Shown here in pieces: positions 12,737-23,859 of a stretch of 64,000 bases of DNA. Origin of the DNA: Octopus sinensis (taxonomy: Eukaryota); contig NC_043007.1 of the NCBI RefSeq assembly GCF_006345805.1, forward strand, positions 53,568,001 through 53,632,000, given 5' to 3'. The number at the start of each line of letters is the position of its first letter. The stretch's first letter is position 1. The position numbers were made by a program, and so were the translations under genes. The notes under the pieces are model-generated. The model was not told the DNA's origin. It saw only the letters and a list, made by a program, of their open reading frames with translations, and did not search any database.

Positions 12737-13906
12737 TCTATAAAGCTGAAATACGAAAAATTTGTTTGTCTCATTTGGGGATTGGAACGGATTAAGGGCC
12801 AGTAGATGGGGTCAGATTGGCTCCAAAATTTACAGAGACATGTAAAAAGAGGCAAGAAAGTGAGTGGACTAGGTTAGAAACCCCTATCTCAAAAGCTGTG
12901 GTTACTAGGGCAACAAAATCCACACTTTGACAAGTGTTTGTCGTTTCTCACTTTTGCATATCAGCCTGTCTTTCTCCATCTCTCTCTTTCCTTCCTTCCC
13001 TCTACTTTCTCTCTATAATGACGTTTGACAGCTTCGCCATCACTCTGTCACTCTTTCTCCCACCACCTCTCTCACTGTATGTCTGTCTATCTATAGAGAG
13101 AAAGCACTGACAGCTGCAAAAGTTTAAATATTCCCGCCACAGGTCTTTTAGAACGGTGAATTATTACATTGATACATATTGGATTTTTACGTGAAAAGAG
13201 GTATAAATGGGGCTGGAAGAAGATTAAAATTTACAGGAGTGGGTGTTTAGGAATTCTCTGTTACATCAAGCTAAAAAATTTGCGCCAGCCTTTAAATCGT
13301 CAATGTGTTGCCGTCCGTCATGAAGTTTTGAATGCCTGCAATGGTGAGTCTACTGTTGTGAGAAAGAATCACTTCAAACTTGGTGTTTAGGAATTTTCTT
13401 TTACATCAAGTTCAATATTTTGTGCCATCCGTTAAACTGCCAGTACATTACTGTCCGCCATTAAGAAGTTTTGAATGCCAACCATGGTGAGGCTACTATC
13501 CTCAGATTCTATCCCTTCAAACTTTGGTTTCCATTATTTTTTTTATTTATATTCGGCTCGCAAGTTCGTCTGTCCCTTTTAAATGTTAGTGTTTTGCTGT
13601 TCACCTTGAAGCAGACCTTTCCATTGTCATTGCCTGATATTTATGATTGATCTTTCAAAATATTTGATTTCTCAACTTACTCAAGATCTTTTGTTCTCTA
13701 TAAATGGGAGAGAGATAGATAGAGAAAGATAGAGAGTAAGAGAAAGCGAGGTAGAGTCCGAGAGAAAGGAAGAGTAAGAGAGTGGGAAAGTGAGAGAGAA
13801 AAGAGAGAGAAACAAAGAGGTAGAATGTGGCAATAAGAAACATAAAAGAAGCAAAAGAAAGTAACAACACCCTCACCTGCGCGTAGAGCGGGTCACCTTA
13901 AGCTAG
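12737..13906 (+). mobile_element. Non-autonomous Helitron (family B)
   Basis: TC start (tctataaagctgaa); 3' hairpin cctgcgcgtagagcgggt then CTAG; inverted homologue at 14311-15806. Confidence 0.7.
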
Positions 13907-13924
13907 TCAATATATATATATTTA

Positions 13925-14310
13925 CTAGCAGTATCACCCGGTGTTGCTTGGGTTTGTTTCGACCCTTTAGAATTGGAATTTTTGAAAAGTAAAAATTTTG
14001 CATTATGCAACTTGTTATTCTCTTCAAGTGAACATTTTTCTGGTTGAAATACACCGAAAAATGGTGACACAGCAGTCAAAAATCGTAAAAAATAGGGATT
14101 TTCATAGAAAAAAAGCACCTTTTTGATGTAAATAATTTTTGGTGTTAACATGGTCCGATTTGAATTTTATCTTCTACAGAATGAAGAGCAAGCCTTCTAT
14201 CATACTCTCAATTTTGGTCAACTTGCGCTGCAGGGTCTCGAAGGAGATAGTGTTAGTTGAAGGCTACCAAACCTGCCACACACAGACAACATCAGCTTTA
14301 TATACATGGA
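13925..14310 (-). mobile_element. Short non-autonomous Helitron (family C)
   Basis: Minus strand 5' tccatgtatataaagctgatg; 3' cccaagcaacaccgggtgatactgCTAG. Confidence 0.75.
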
Positions 14311-15806
14311 CTAGCTTAAGGTGACCCACTCTACGCGCGGGTAAGAGTGTGGTTGTTACTTTCTGTTGCTTCCTTTCTGTTTTTTATCACCACATTCTCC
14401 CTCTTTGTTTCTCTCTCCTTTCTCTCTCACTTTCCCACTCTTTTACTCTTCATTTCCCTCGGACTCTCCCTCGCTTTCTCTTACTCTCTATCTATCTCTT
14501 TCTCTCCCATTTATAAACAACAAAAGATCTTGAGGAAGTTGAGGAAGAAAATATTTTCAAAGATCAGTCATAAATATCAGGCAGTGACAACAGAAAGGTC
14601 TGCTTTATGGCAGACAGCAAAACACTAACATTTAAAAGGGACAGACGAACATGTGAGCTGAATAAAAATAAAAAAATATTGGAAACCAAAGTTTGAAGGG
14701 ATAGAATCTGAGGATAGTGGAGTCACCATGGCTGGCATTTCTTCATGACAGACAGCAACGAAAAATTTTGAACTTGATGTAAAAGAAAATTCCTAAACAC
14801 CAAGTTTTGAAGTGATTCTTTCTCACGACAGTAGACTCACTATGGCAAGCATTCAAAACTTCTTCTTCATGGACGGCAACACATTGATGATTTAAAGGCT
14901 GGCGCAAATTTTTTAGCTTGATGTAACAGAGAATTCCTAAACACCTGCTCCTGTAAATTTTAATCCCCTTCCAGACCCTTTTAGACCTCTTTTCACATTT
15001 TGGTTAATATAATCCGATTTCATTCGGGTCTACTTGGGCCACATTTTATAAGATGAGGAATTTTGTCCTAGAGGTCATGCCTTTCATTTGAGGAAAAAAA
15101 TAGTTGCCATGCAAACTCGCCATCACTTTTCAGCTCAACCGACCACATAATGCACACATTATATATATGTGTGTGTGTGCGTGTGTGTACGCATTATATA
15201 TATAAATGTATACAAATTATATATATATATATATAAATACAGATATGTACACTTTGTATATATACATTATATATACATATTTATATATAGAACACACACA
15301 CACATAAATTAACCCAATAAATATCTGATTCATAATATTTGTTCTCATGATTGTGTGGTGGTGGTGGCGATGATAATTCTCTCTATGAATGCAGACAGAT
15401 GTAGAGAGAGAGAGATAGTGTGTGTGAAAGCGCTGTCGAAGGCGTCGGAGGAAAGATATAGGATGCTGTGAAACGATGTTATAAAGAGAAAGTGAAGAGA
15501 AGGGAGTTAGACGCTGTGAAACGACGTTATAGAGAGAAAGTGAAGGGAAGAGAGGAAAGAGAGAGAAACGGAAGAAGACAGATACATAAAAGAATGAGAG
15601 GAGACATGTCAAAGTGCGTTTTTGGCCCTAGCAACGACACCTTTTAAGATAGGGATTTCTAACCTAGCCCACTGGAATCCTCACCTCATTTTACATGTAC
15701 CTGTAAATTTTGGAGTCAATCCGACGGGATCTAGTGCCCTTTAACACGTTCCAGTGCCAAAACCAGACAAACAAACTTTTTGCATTTCAGAATTATAATA
15801 TAGAGA
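14311..15806 (-). mobile_element. Non-autonomous Helitron (family B), with internal microsatellite-rich expansion
   Basis: Reverse complement matches 12737-13906 at both ends; TC start; hairpin plus CTAG at 14311-14314. Confidence 0.7.
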
Positions 15807-15910
15807 TTTGCTACACACTACTTTCCATCCTTAATAATGAAACTTGGTAGATCCACAAGTTAAACACACAGATACACACACAGCCACACAAGTTGAGTTT
15901 TATATATAGA
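15807..15910 (-). mobile_element. Helitron 5' fragment (family D)
   Basis: Minus strand start tctatatataaaactcaacttgtgtg; no 3' end seen. Confidence 0.5.
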
Positions 15911-16518
15911 TTTCTCAACGGGGATTTCAGGGAGTCGCTGGCGATGTATCGTGATGATCAAAAATCCGGCCTGCTAAAATTTGGTTAAAGTGATTCAAAC
16001 TGCAGACTCAACGCAAAATGGTCACATTTAATTCAAAGCGTTAAAAATGTTATGAAAACAATTGGTATGTGTTCACTAAGGCCAAACGATTAATACGAAA
16101 AAAACCTCCAGGCTACATCCCGAAAATTCATTTCTTTGCTGAATTTCTACAATGTTTACGGCGATTCGTTTTTATATCTTGATTTTTTATTTTTCATGCA
16201 ATTTACGCATGCTTGCATGTGTGGTGAACACAGTTTACGTCAAACAGCAGACTGAGTAAAGTTCACTATTCAATGCATGGGATAAGGCCTAAACCGACAC
16301 ATTATCGATTTTTGCACTTGCGAGATGAATTTCGGAACAGAAATAGTGCAGTTCAATTTTCATTCGCCTAAACTTTAAGTGACCTATTTTTGGTGGTTCT
16401 ACAATTTGTTGGCTAGGAGGAGATGTGTCGGGAAGTTAAACACACAGACACACACACACAGATACACACACAGACACACACACAGACAGACACACAAGTT
16501 GAGTTTTTTATATATAGA
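15911..16518 (-). mobile_element. Helitron 5' portion (family D)
   Basis: Second tctatatataaaaaactcaacttgtgtg start at 16518; no CTAG terminus seen. Confidence 0.5.
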
Positions 16519-16523
16519 TATAT

Positions 16524-16850
16524 ACTCTACTCTTTACTCTCTTTTACTTGTTTCAGTCATTTGACTGCGACCAAGCTGGAGGATCACCTTTAGTCGAGCA
16601 AATCGACCCTGGGACTTATTCTTTGTAAGCCTAGTACTTATTCTATCGGTTGTCAGGCAATGCTAGGGGAACAAACACAGACACACAAACATACATATAT
16701 ATATACATATACGATGGGCTTCTTTCAATTTCCGTCTACCAAATCTCTTCACAAGGCTTTTGTTGGCCCAAGGCTATAGTAGAAGACATTTGACCAAGAT
16801 GCCACGCAGTGGGACTGAACCCAGAACCATATAGTTGGTAAGCAAGCTAC
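16524..16850 (-). mobile_element. tRNA-derived SINE (body and tail; head displaced to 18871-18905)
   Basis: Matches SINE copies at 52870 and 56283; interrupted at agcaagctac. Confidence 0.85.
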
Positions 16851-18870
16851 TTTATTTCATAGAAATTTGCCATAAAGGCATTACACAGAGTAGCTTGCAG
16901 GCTAGACATAAACATTAATGAAGTGGATGAGTATGATGAAAAATGATAAAGATGGGAGAAGGCAGAAGGCGCCCGCCAACCCTCTGCTTCTCTAAAACAT
17001 TATTTTTTTTTTTCAAAATACATAAATTGAAGTAATAACCCTCTTACAAAAAATACAATTTCTTTGGACCAAAAGTTCATACAATTAATATACATTCTCT
17101 ACACAAATTAGAGGCAATAAACCTCTACACTTCCTCCCCCAGCAAATATCGTGCAACTTGTAGGCACTGTTTCAGTCGAAATCGGGAGTTCCAATGGAGG
17201 TTTCTGAAACTCTCGCCTCCACACGAGTCGATTATCACATTGCATTGTTTTCTTTCCAGCACCAGAGCAGCCACCTGCGAAGGCCACTCTGGGCTGTCAA
17301 TGCAATTCAGCTCCCTCAGGATCTGACCGTCCATCCTATTCTTGACAAAACTGTCGATAGCCCCTCCCTTGAGATAGCAGAACATACATTCCTCACTACC
17401 TTCACTGGGAGGGGCCAAAACTCCCTCACCCGGTGACACACATCCCACCGGCGAGGTCATATTTTCCCCACCCTCTGGTGGCACACATCCCAGCGAAGGT
17501 GCTTCAGGACATGCCATCACCGGCAATGCCCCGTTTTTCTTTTTCTTTTTCTTTCTTCCCTTCACGACGGGAGGTTGGAGTTCCTCCAGCCTCTCCGGAG
17601 AACCCTCACACACCCCCGCCATCTCAGGATCTATGAGTGGGCAACCATTACTGTCCCCCATTTTCCTCTTCTTCCCCTTTTTTGAGGAGGTTACCTCTTC
17701 CTCAACTTTTTCCTCCACTGGGGGAACAGGGGACACTTCTTCGATTAACTGCTCGAGGACCTTTGCCTGGTCCCGGCGATAGTTTTTCTTGATATGACCC
17801 GATTCCAGGCACAGGTGACACTTGCGGGATGGGGGGGCATCCCTCAAGAGTCACCGGATACCTAGAACCGGCCATCTTTAGAAAATCTGGGAAGACCAGA
17901 TCTTTGGCTGATTGGGTCCATAGGGTCAAAATTGCTTTCGATCTCACCCAATCAGCCACAGGAAGCATTCTAACATTCAAGAGCCTGGCTCCGCTGCCAC
18001 CCAGACCCCAGCGGATAGTGTCCTATATCCACTCAGGCTCTATTCCAGGTGGCAGGCCACTCTTGTCAATTTCCTTCTCTGATATGTGGGGAGAAACAAA
18101 ATTTTTTCCCCTTCCAGGAGCTGACTAGCAAATAAGCTAGCCTCTTTAGGGGTGTCAAACAGTAACCACACTGTTGCAAATTTGACACCCCTTGCAATAT
18201 ACTTGATCGTTGGTAGGTATTCTGCTAACTCTTTTTCAATTTCATCCTGAGAGAACACAGTGAGAGTGTTGAGTGACTTGGAGTATGTCCTCAACACCAC
18301 CATTCTCTCATTTCGGTCCTCTATCCACTGCTTGGGGGGCACAATTTCCCACTCCAGGGTTTCTTTGTTGCCATGATTTAAAACCACAAAGAAACAAAAA
18401 AGAGTTCAACAAAAGTTGAAGTGTTCTAAATAAAAGTTCAGTAATAAACACAAAAAAAGAACAGAAAGACAGAGCAGGGAAAAGAACGAAGGAAGACAGT
18501 TCAATCAATGGCAACACAATTCCACAAGTCTGATACAGGTACTCCAGCTGCAAAAATAGTCCTTCCTGCCTTGGTACTCCTTGTTAATCCAGTGGAAATT
18601 CACAGACACAAAGACAACTTTCGTAAACAAATTAATTTCTGCGATGGGGCTGTGCCTCCTCAAAAAAATACAGTTCTCACTGCAAAGTAAGTCTTTATGT
18701 ACGACCACAGGCAGGCAAATGTCTGGAGCAGAGTGGAGACTGTTGCTCACCAAAAAATATTCAATACAGGGCAACAAACTCCACTAAGCCCTCAAAAAAA
18801 TACAACAAACACCTACCTGTAGTCAAGCCTCAAAGTTCAATATTTCACGACAAACAACATGACATCAAAC
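16851..18870 (-). mobile_element. ORF1-only non-LTR retroelement (HAL1-like, Tx1/L1-type)
   Basis: Flanked by direct repeat agcaagctac (16841-16850 and 18871-18880). ~500-nt leader, one decayed gag-like ORF, 3' UTR ending GCC-tttat-GGC...AATAAA. No endonuclease or RT sequence seen. Confidence 0.75.
17125..18387 (-). pseudogene. Gag-like ORF1 with CCHC zinc knuckle (about 420 aa when rejoined; several frameshifts and one stop)
   Basis: ORFs 18040-18387, 17702-17980 and 17125-17847 join collinearly. VTLEG.PP...KCHLCLESGHIKKNY knuckle followed by Lys-rich low-complexity region. Confidence 0.75.
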
Positions 18871-18905
18871 AGCAAGCTACTTACCACACAACCACTCTTG
18901 TGCCT
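18871..18905 (-). mobile_element. Displaced 5' head of the SINE at 16524-16850
   Basis: agcaagctacttaccacacaaccactcttgtgcct is the reverse complement of the SINE 5' end. Confidence 0.8.
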
Positions 18906-18951
18906 GTATATGTATATATAGAAAATATATACATTTTTCTATATATTTTTG

Positions 18952-18988
<37 letters not shown>

Positions 18989-19158
18989 GTGTGTGTGTAT
19001 ATATATGTGTGTATATATATATGTGTGTATATATATATATATATATGTGTGTGTATATATATGTGTGTGTATATATGTGTGTGTATATATATGTATGTGT
19101 ATATATATATATGTGTGTGTGTATATATATGTGTGTGTGTGTGTATATATATATATAT
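18906..19158. repeat. (TA)n/(TG)n compound microsatellite
   Basis: Direct inspection. Confidence 0.95.
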
Positions 19159-19889
19159 CATCATCATCGTTTAACGTCCACTTTCCATGCTCACATGGGT
19201 TGGACGAATAACTGAGGGCTGGCGAACCAGATGGCTGCACCAGGCATCAATCTTGATCTGGCAGAGTTTCTACAGCTGGATGCCCTTCCTAACGCCAACC
19301 ACTCCAAGAGTGTAGTGGGTGCTTTTACGTGCCACTGGCACGGGGCCACTCAGGCAGTACTGGCAACGACCTCGCTCGAAACTTTTACACATGCCACCGG
19401 CACAGGTGCCAGTAAGGCGATGCTGGTAATGATCACGCTCGAATGGTGTCTTTTATGTGCCACTGGCATGGAAGCCAGTTAGCCGCTCTGTCAATGATCA
19501 CACTCATATGGTGCTCTTTGCACCCCGCTAGCATGAACGCCAGTCATCAAATTGGATTTTAATTTCACTTGCCTCAACAGGTCTTCGCAAGCAGAGTTTT
19601 AGTGTCCAAAGAAAGAAAAGGTACGCATAAGTGGGCCCCTGGTATAGGTCACAAGATTATGGTCTCATTTCGTTTGCTGGGTCTTCTCACGCACGGCATA
19701 TTTCCAAAAGTCTCGGTCACTAGTCATTTCCTTGGTGAGGCCCAAAGTTCGAAGGTCGAGCTTCACCACTTAATCCCAGGTCTTCCTGGGTCTACCTCTT
19801 CCATGGGTTCCCTCAAACGCTAGGGTGTGGAACTTTTTCACACAGCTGTTCTCATCCATTCTCGCCACATGACTGTATCAGTGCAGTCG
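19159..19889 (-). mobile_element. RTE LINE 3' fragment running into the gap
   Basis: (ATC)n tail, tttaacgtccactttccatg end, C-terminal coding remnant. Confidence 0.85.
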
Positions 19890-19989
19890 NNNNNNNNNNN
19901 NNNNNNNNNNNNNNNNNNNNNNNNNNNNNNNNNNNNNNNNNNNNNNNNNNNNNNNNNNNNNNNNNNNNNNNNNNNNNNNNNNNNNNNNN
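19890..19989. other. Assembly gap (100 N)
   Basis: Run of exactly 100 N. Confidence 1.
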
Positions 19990-21675
19990 CGAAGATCTGC
20001 TCCCAACTAACAGTGTCAACAAATTCAAAATAAGCAAGCGAAGAATCTCTGTTCTCCCCTTTCCACCAGCGGGTTAAAATCATCAAACTCTATGCTTATT
20101 TCGGTAAAGTCCGAAGCATTAATCAGAGGGGATTAATTATAATTTCAACAATTGAGGGCAAAATTAATTAATTATTAATCAATTTCACCAAGTGTTCAGT
20201 ATGCAAAGGGACCATTCAAGGCGAATTCAAATTATTACATTATATAAAAGGGCTTAGTAAAATAAATTACTTGCCGCATACTGAACTCATTAGAAATAGC
20301 AGCTAAAAAACTTTTTTAAGGCTATTTCTAATACTTAAAGAAAATCTCTCTCATATATAGTGTTTGCATAATTTAACTCACAAAAGTTTGGGGGTAATGA
20401 CATCGAAAAATCAAATGCTAAGGTTATTCGAGAACGTACGTTTCAAGATTAGTCAAAACAACATTTCTATCATCGGCTCGGAAATTCCTTGGTTTGGATT
20501 TGGAAACACTGAAAATAAGAACATACCCTCTCGAAGATCTGCTCCCAACTAACAGTGTCAACAAATTCAAAATAAGCAAGCGAAGAATCTCTGTTCTCCC
20601 CTTTCCACAGCGTGGGTTAAAATCATCAAACTCTATGCTTATTTCGGTAAAGTCCGAAGCATTAATCAGAGGGAGATTAATTATAATTTCCCTCTGATTA
20701 ATGCTTCGGACTTACCGAAATAAGCATAGAGTTTGATGATTTTAACCCACGCTGGTGGAAAGAGGGAGAACAGAGATTCTTCGCTTGCTTATTTTGAATT
20801 TGTTGACACTGTTAGTTGGGAGCAGATCTTCGAGAGGGTAGTTCTTATTTTCAGTGTTTCCAAATCCAAACCAAGGAATTTCCGAGCCGATGATAGAAAT
20901 GTTGTTTTGACTAATCTTGAAACGTACATTCTCGAATAACCTTAGCATTTGATTTTTCGATGTCATTACCCCCAAACTTTTGTGAGTTAAATTATGCAAA
21001 CACTATATATGAGAGAGATTTTCTTTAAGTATTAGAAATAGCCTTAAAAAAGTTTTTTAGCTGCTATTCTAATGAGTTCAGTATGCGGCAAAGTAATTTA
21101 TTTTACTAAGCCCTTTTATATATATTATATATGTAATAATTTGAATTCGCCTTGAATGGTCCTTTGCATACTGAACACTTGGTGAAATTGATTAATAATA
21201 ATTAATTTTGCCCTCAATTGTTGAAATTATAATTAATCTCCCTCTGATTAATGCTTCGGACTTTACCGAAATAAGCATAGAGTTTGATGATTTTAACCCA
21301 CGCTGGTGGAAGGGGAGAACAGAGATTCTTCGCTTGCTATTTTGAATTTGTTGACACTGTTAGTTGGGAGCAGATTTCGAGAGGGTATGTTATTTTCAGT
21401 GTTTCCAAATCCAAACCAAGGAATTTCCGAGCCGATGATAGAAATGTTGTTTTGACTAATCTTGAAACGTACGTTCTCGAATAACCTTAGCATTTGATTT
21501 TTCGATGTCATTACCCCCAAACTTTTGTGAGTTAAATTAGCAAACACTATATATGAGAGAGATTTTCTTTAAGTATTAGAAATAGCCTTAAAAAAGTTTT
21601 TTAGCTGCTATTTCTAATGAGTTCAGTATGCGGCAAAGTAATTTATTTTACTAAGCCCTTTTATATAATGTATAT
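19990..21675. repeat. ~545-bp unit in tandem that flips orientation at ~20685 (fold-back array)
   Basis: cgaagatctgctcccaac recurs at 19990 and ~20532; 20690-21675 is the reverse complement, about 1.8 units. Confidence 0.85.
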
Positions 21676-21794
21676 ATATATATATATATATACATACATA
21701 CATATATGGATGTATATATATATGCATTATGGCCTCAGGCTGATTTTGTACACGGAAAGTGAAAGCAGACTGTTGTATATATGTGTATACTTGT

Positions 21795-22000
21795 GTATGT
21801 GTGTTTGTGTTTGTACCCACAGCTTTGCTTCACAACTGATTTTGTTGTGTTTACGTTCCCATAACTTAGCAGTTCAACAAAAGATACTGATAGAATAAGT
21901 ACTAGGCTTTAGAAAGAATAAATCCTGATTTTAAGTTTTTTGACTGAAAGTGGTGCTCCAGCATGGATGCAATCACATGACTGAAAGGAGTAAAACAATA
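21795..22000 (+). mobile_element. Degenerate SINE 3' half
   Basis: tgtgtttacgttcccataacttagc...ggtgctccagcatgg...atgactgaaa. Confidence 0.7.
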
Positions 22001-22020
22001 AAAAATCTATGCTATATTAA

Positions 22021-22049
22021 TCCCGAGCAATGCTGGGCATCTCTGCTAG
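22021..22049 (+). mobile_element. Solo Helitron 3' terminus
   Basis: cccgagcaatgctggg hairpin plus ctgCTAG. Confidence 0.55.
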
Positions 22050-22074
22050 TGCATATATATATATATTTGCATGT

Positions 22075-22260
22075 GTGTCTGTGTTTGTTCCCTCCACCAT
22101 CACTTCACAACTGATGTTGGTGTGTTCATGTCCCCAAAACTTAGTGGTTCGGCAAAAGAGACCAATAGAATAAGTCCTGGTGTAAATTTGTTCGACTAAA
22201 CATTGTACTTTGGCATGGCCACAGTCAAATGACTGAAACAAGTAAAAGAATAAAAGAAAG
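22075..22260 (+). mobile_element. Degenerate SINE 3' half
   Basis: gttcggcaaaagagacc...gcatggccacagtcaaatgactgaaacaagtaaaag. Confidence 0.75.
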
Positions 22261-22416
22261 AATCTATTTCTCTCTTATTAGTAAGCTCTGTAAACTTCTG
22301 CCAAACCAGAAAATGTATTCTTATATTTTGCTTCCTTTCATTTTGTAAAATATAGTGACTGTATGTTTGTTAGAAGCAACCTTTTAAGAAATTGTTCTTT
22401 ATTTATTTGTTTTCAG

Positions 22417-22509
22417 ATTCCATGTAAGGAAAGATCATATAAAGCAAATAACTTTAGTAACACCAAAGCTTTATATCATACCACAACATGGTTGAGCACT
22501 TTGAAATCT
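22417..22509 (+). other. Candidate internal exon (93 nt, IPCKERSYKANNFSNTKALYHTTTWLSTLKS)
   Basis: tttatttgttttcAG acceptor, GTAAGC donor, only phase-0 frame open; no recognised homology. Confidence 0.3.
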
Positions 22510-22759
22510 GTAAGCTTTTTGTTTCTTTTTTTATAACTGTTTTTTCTTTATTTTGTAAATGTTGCTTCTTTAGACAACTTCAAGCAATTGCTTTGTGTCT
22601 CTCATGTTATATGCTTTTTTTTTCTCAAAATGGACGTCATGTAGGAATGTGGGAAATTCAGTGATTGACCCAGTTGTGCATGTGTGTGTGTATACATATA
22701 TACACATATACATGCACACACACACACGCACACATACGTACACAGCTTTACCATTCAAT

Positions 22760-23090
22760 TTTGTAGAGATGAGTGAGTCTTCTCGAGAACTGCATATTGC
22801 CAGTCATTTCAGTCTTTGTCATCTTATCTGTGAGGCTCAGAATACTGAGATCAGCCTTCAGTACTTCATTCCATGTCTTGCTGGTTCTTCTTCTTTTATA
22901 AGCTCCATCCATATTTAGTGATCAGCACTTCTTTATGCAGCTTTCTTCATTCATGCACATCACATATCCATACCGGCAGTCTTCTTTCTTGCATACTACA
23001 TCTGATACCTCTTATGCCCAGTTTTTCTTTCAGCACATTTGTACTGCCTTTCATATGTAACATTATACTTCTAACATATGTATCATACAA
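22760..23090 (-). mobile_element. Old RTE LINE C-terminal fragment
   Basis: Degenerate match to the RTE C-terminal region (catctgat...cttatgcccag). Confidence 0.6.
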
Positions 23091-23859
23091 TTTTCCCACA
23101 TGTATAAATACGTGTGCATGGTAAGTGTCTTACAGTATGTGAGATAGGCACTTATTTAACCAAATGAGAAACCACATTTGATTAATATTTGTAGCTAATT
23201 CATTTCATTTATGACTCTAATACCTTAAGGAAAAGTATGCAAAATTTTCTACATCCATCTCCTCTTGAATATAGTCATTTGGGCTTCAACTAATAAATAT
23301 GAATTTCTTTATTAAGTTAAAAAGAAATACTCTAGAGAAAGAGGCAAGTTTATGAAAAATGATTTTTCTAAGCCAACTTACTCTAGTAAGGTTTTTAAAG
23401 AAGATATGAATATTCCAGAATCACATTTGCATCCCATATCAAATTGTGGTCGGTTAAAAGAAAGTCAGAAAGTTTAATTTTTTAATAACAATCACCATAT
23501 AATTCCTTGTTATTATTCCTATTATTAATTGAAGCACGAGAGCTTCAATTATGCTCAATATTGATTCCATGAATACTAAGTACAGCTGAGATTGAACCAA
23601 TACATCAGCAGTTCCAAGTTCTGAGCCTTCATGGTTGGAGCAAGCCCTTATTCTTTGAAAGCAGAGAAACAATCCAAAACTAACATAAAACACGGTCATA
23701 TTCTATTTTGATAGTTTTGTCATAGATAACTTGTAAAACTATCATGTATGGAAAATGGACCATAAGGAAATAAGGACAAATTGCTTGAGATGTTGAGAAG
23801 ACTGTCTTCCAGTCATTTTCTACATTTAATAACTTTTCATTGTAGCACTGCCATAACTC

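Noticed and set aside
18877-19240. ORFs rich in Y/I/H/T or C/V/Y
   Set aside because: Translations of the (TA)/(TG) microsatellite; the same applies at 15217, 21617, 30586, 38212 and 40600.
19827-20086. ORFs spanning X runs
   Set aside because: Artefacts of the N gap.
20364-21547. Repeated 60-85-aa ORFs (HNLTHKSLGVMTSKNQ...)
   Set aside because: They come from the 545-bp repeat unit, have no known motif, and frames differ between copies.
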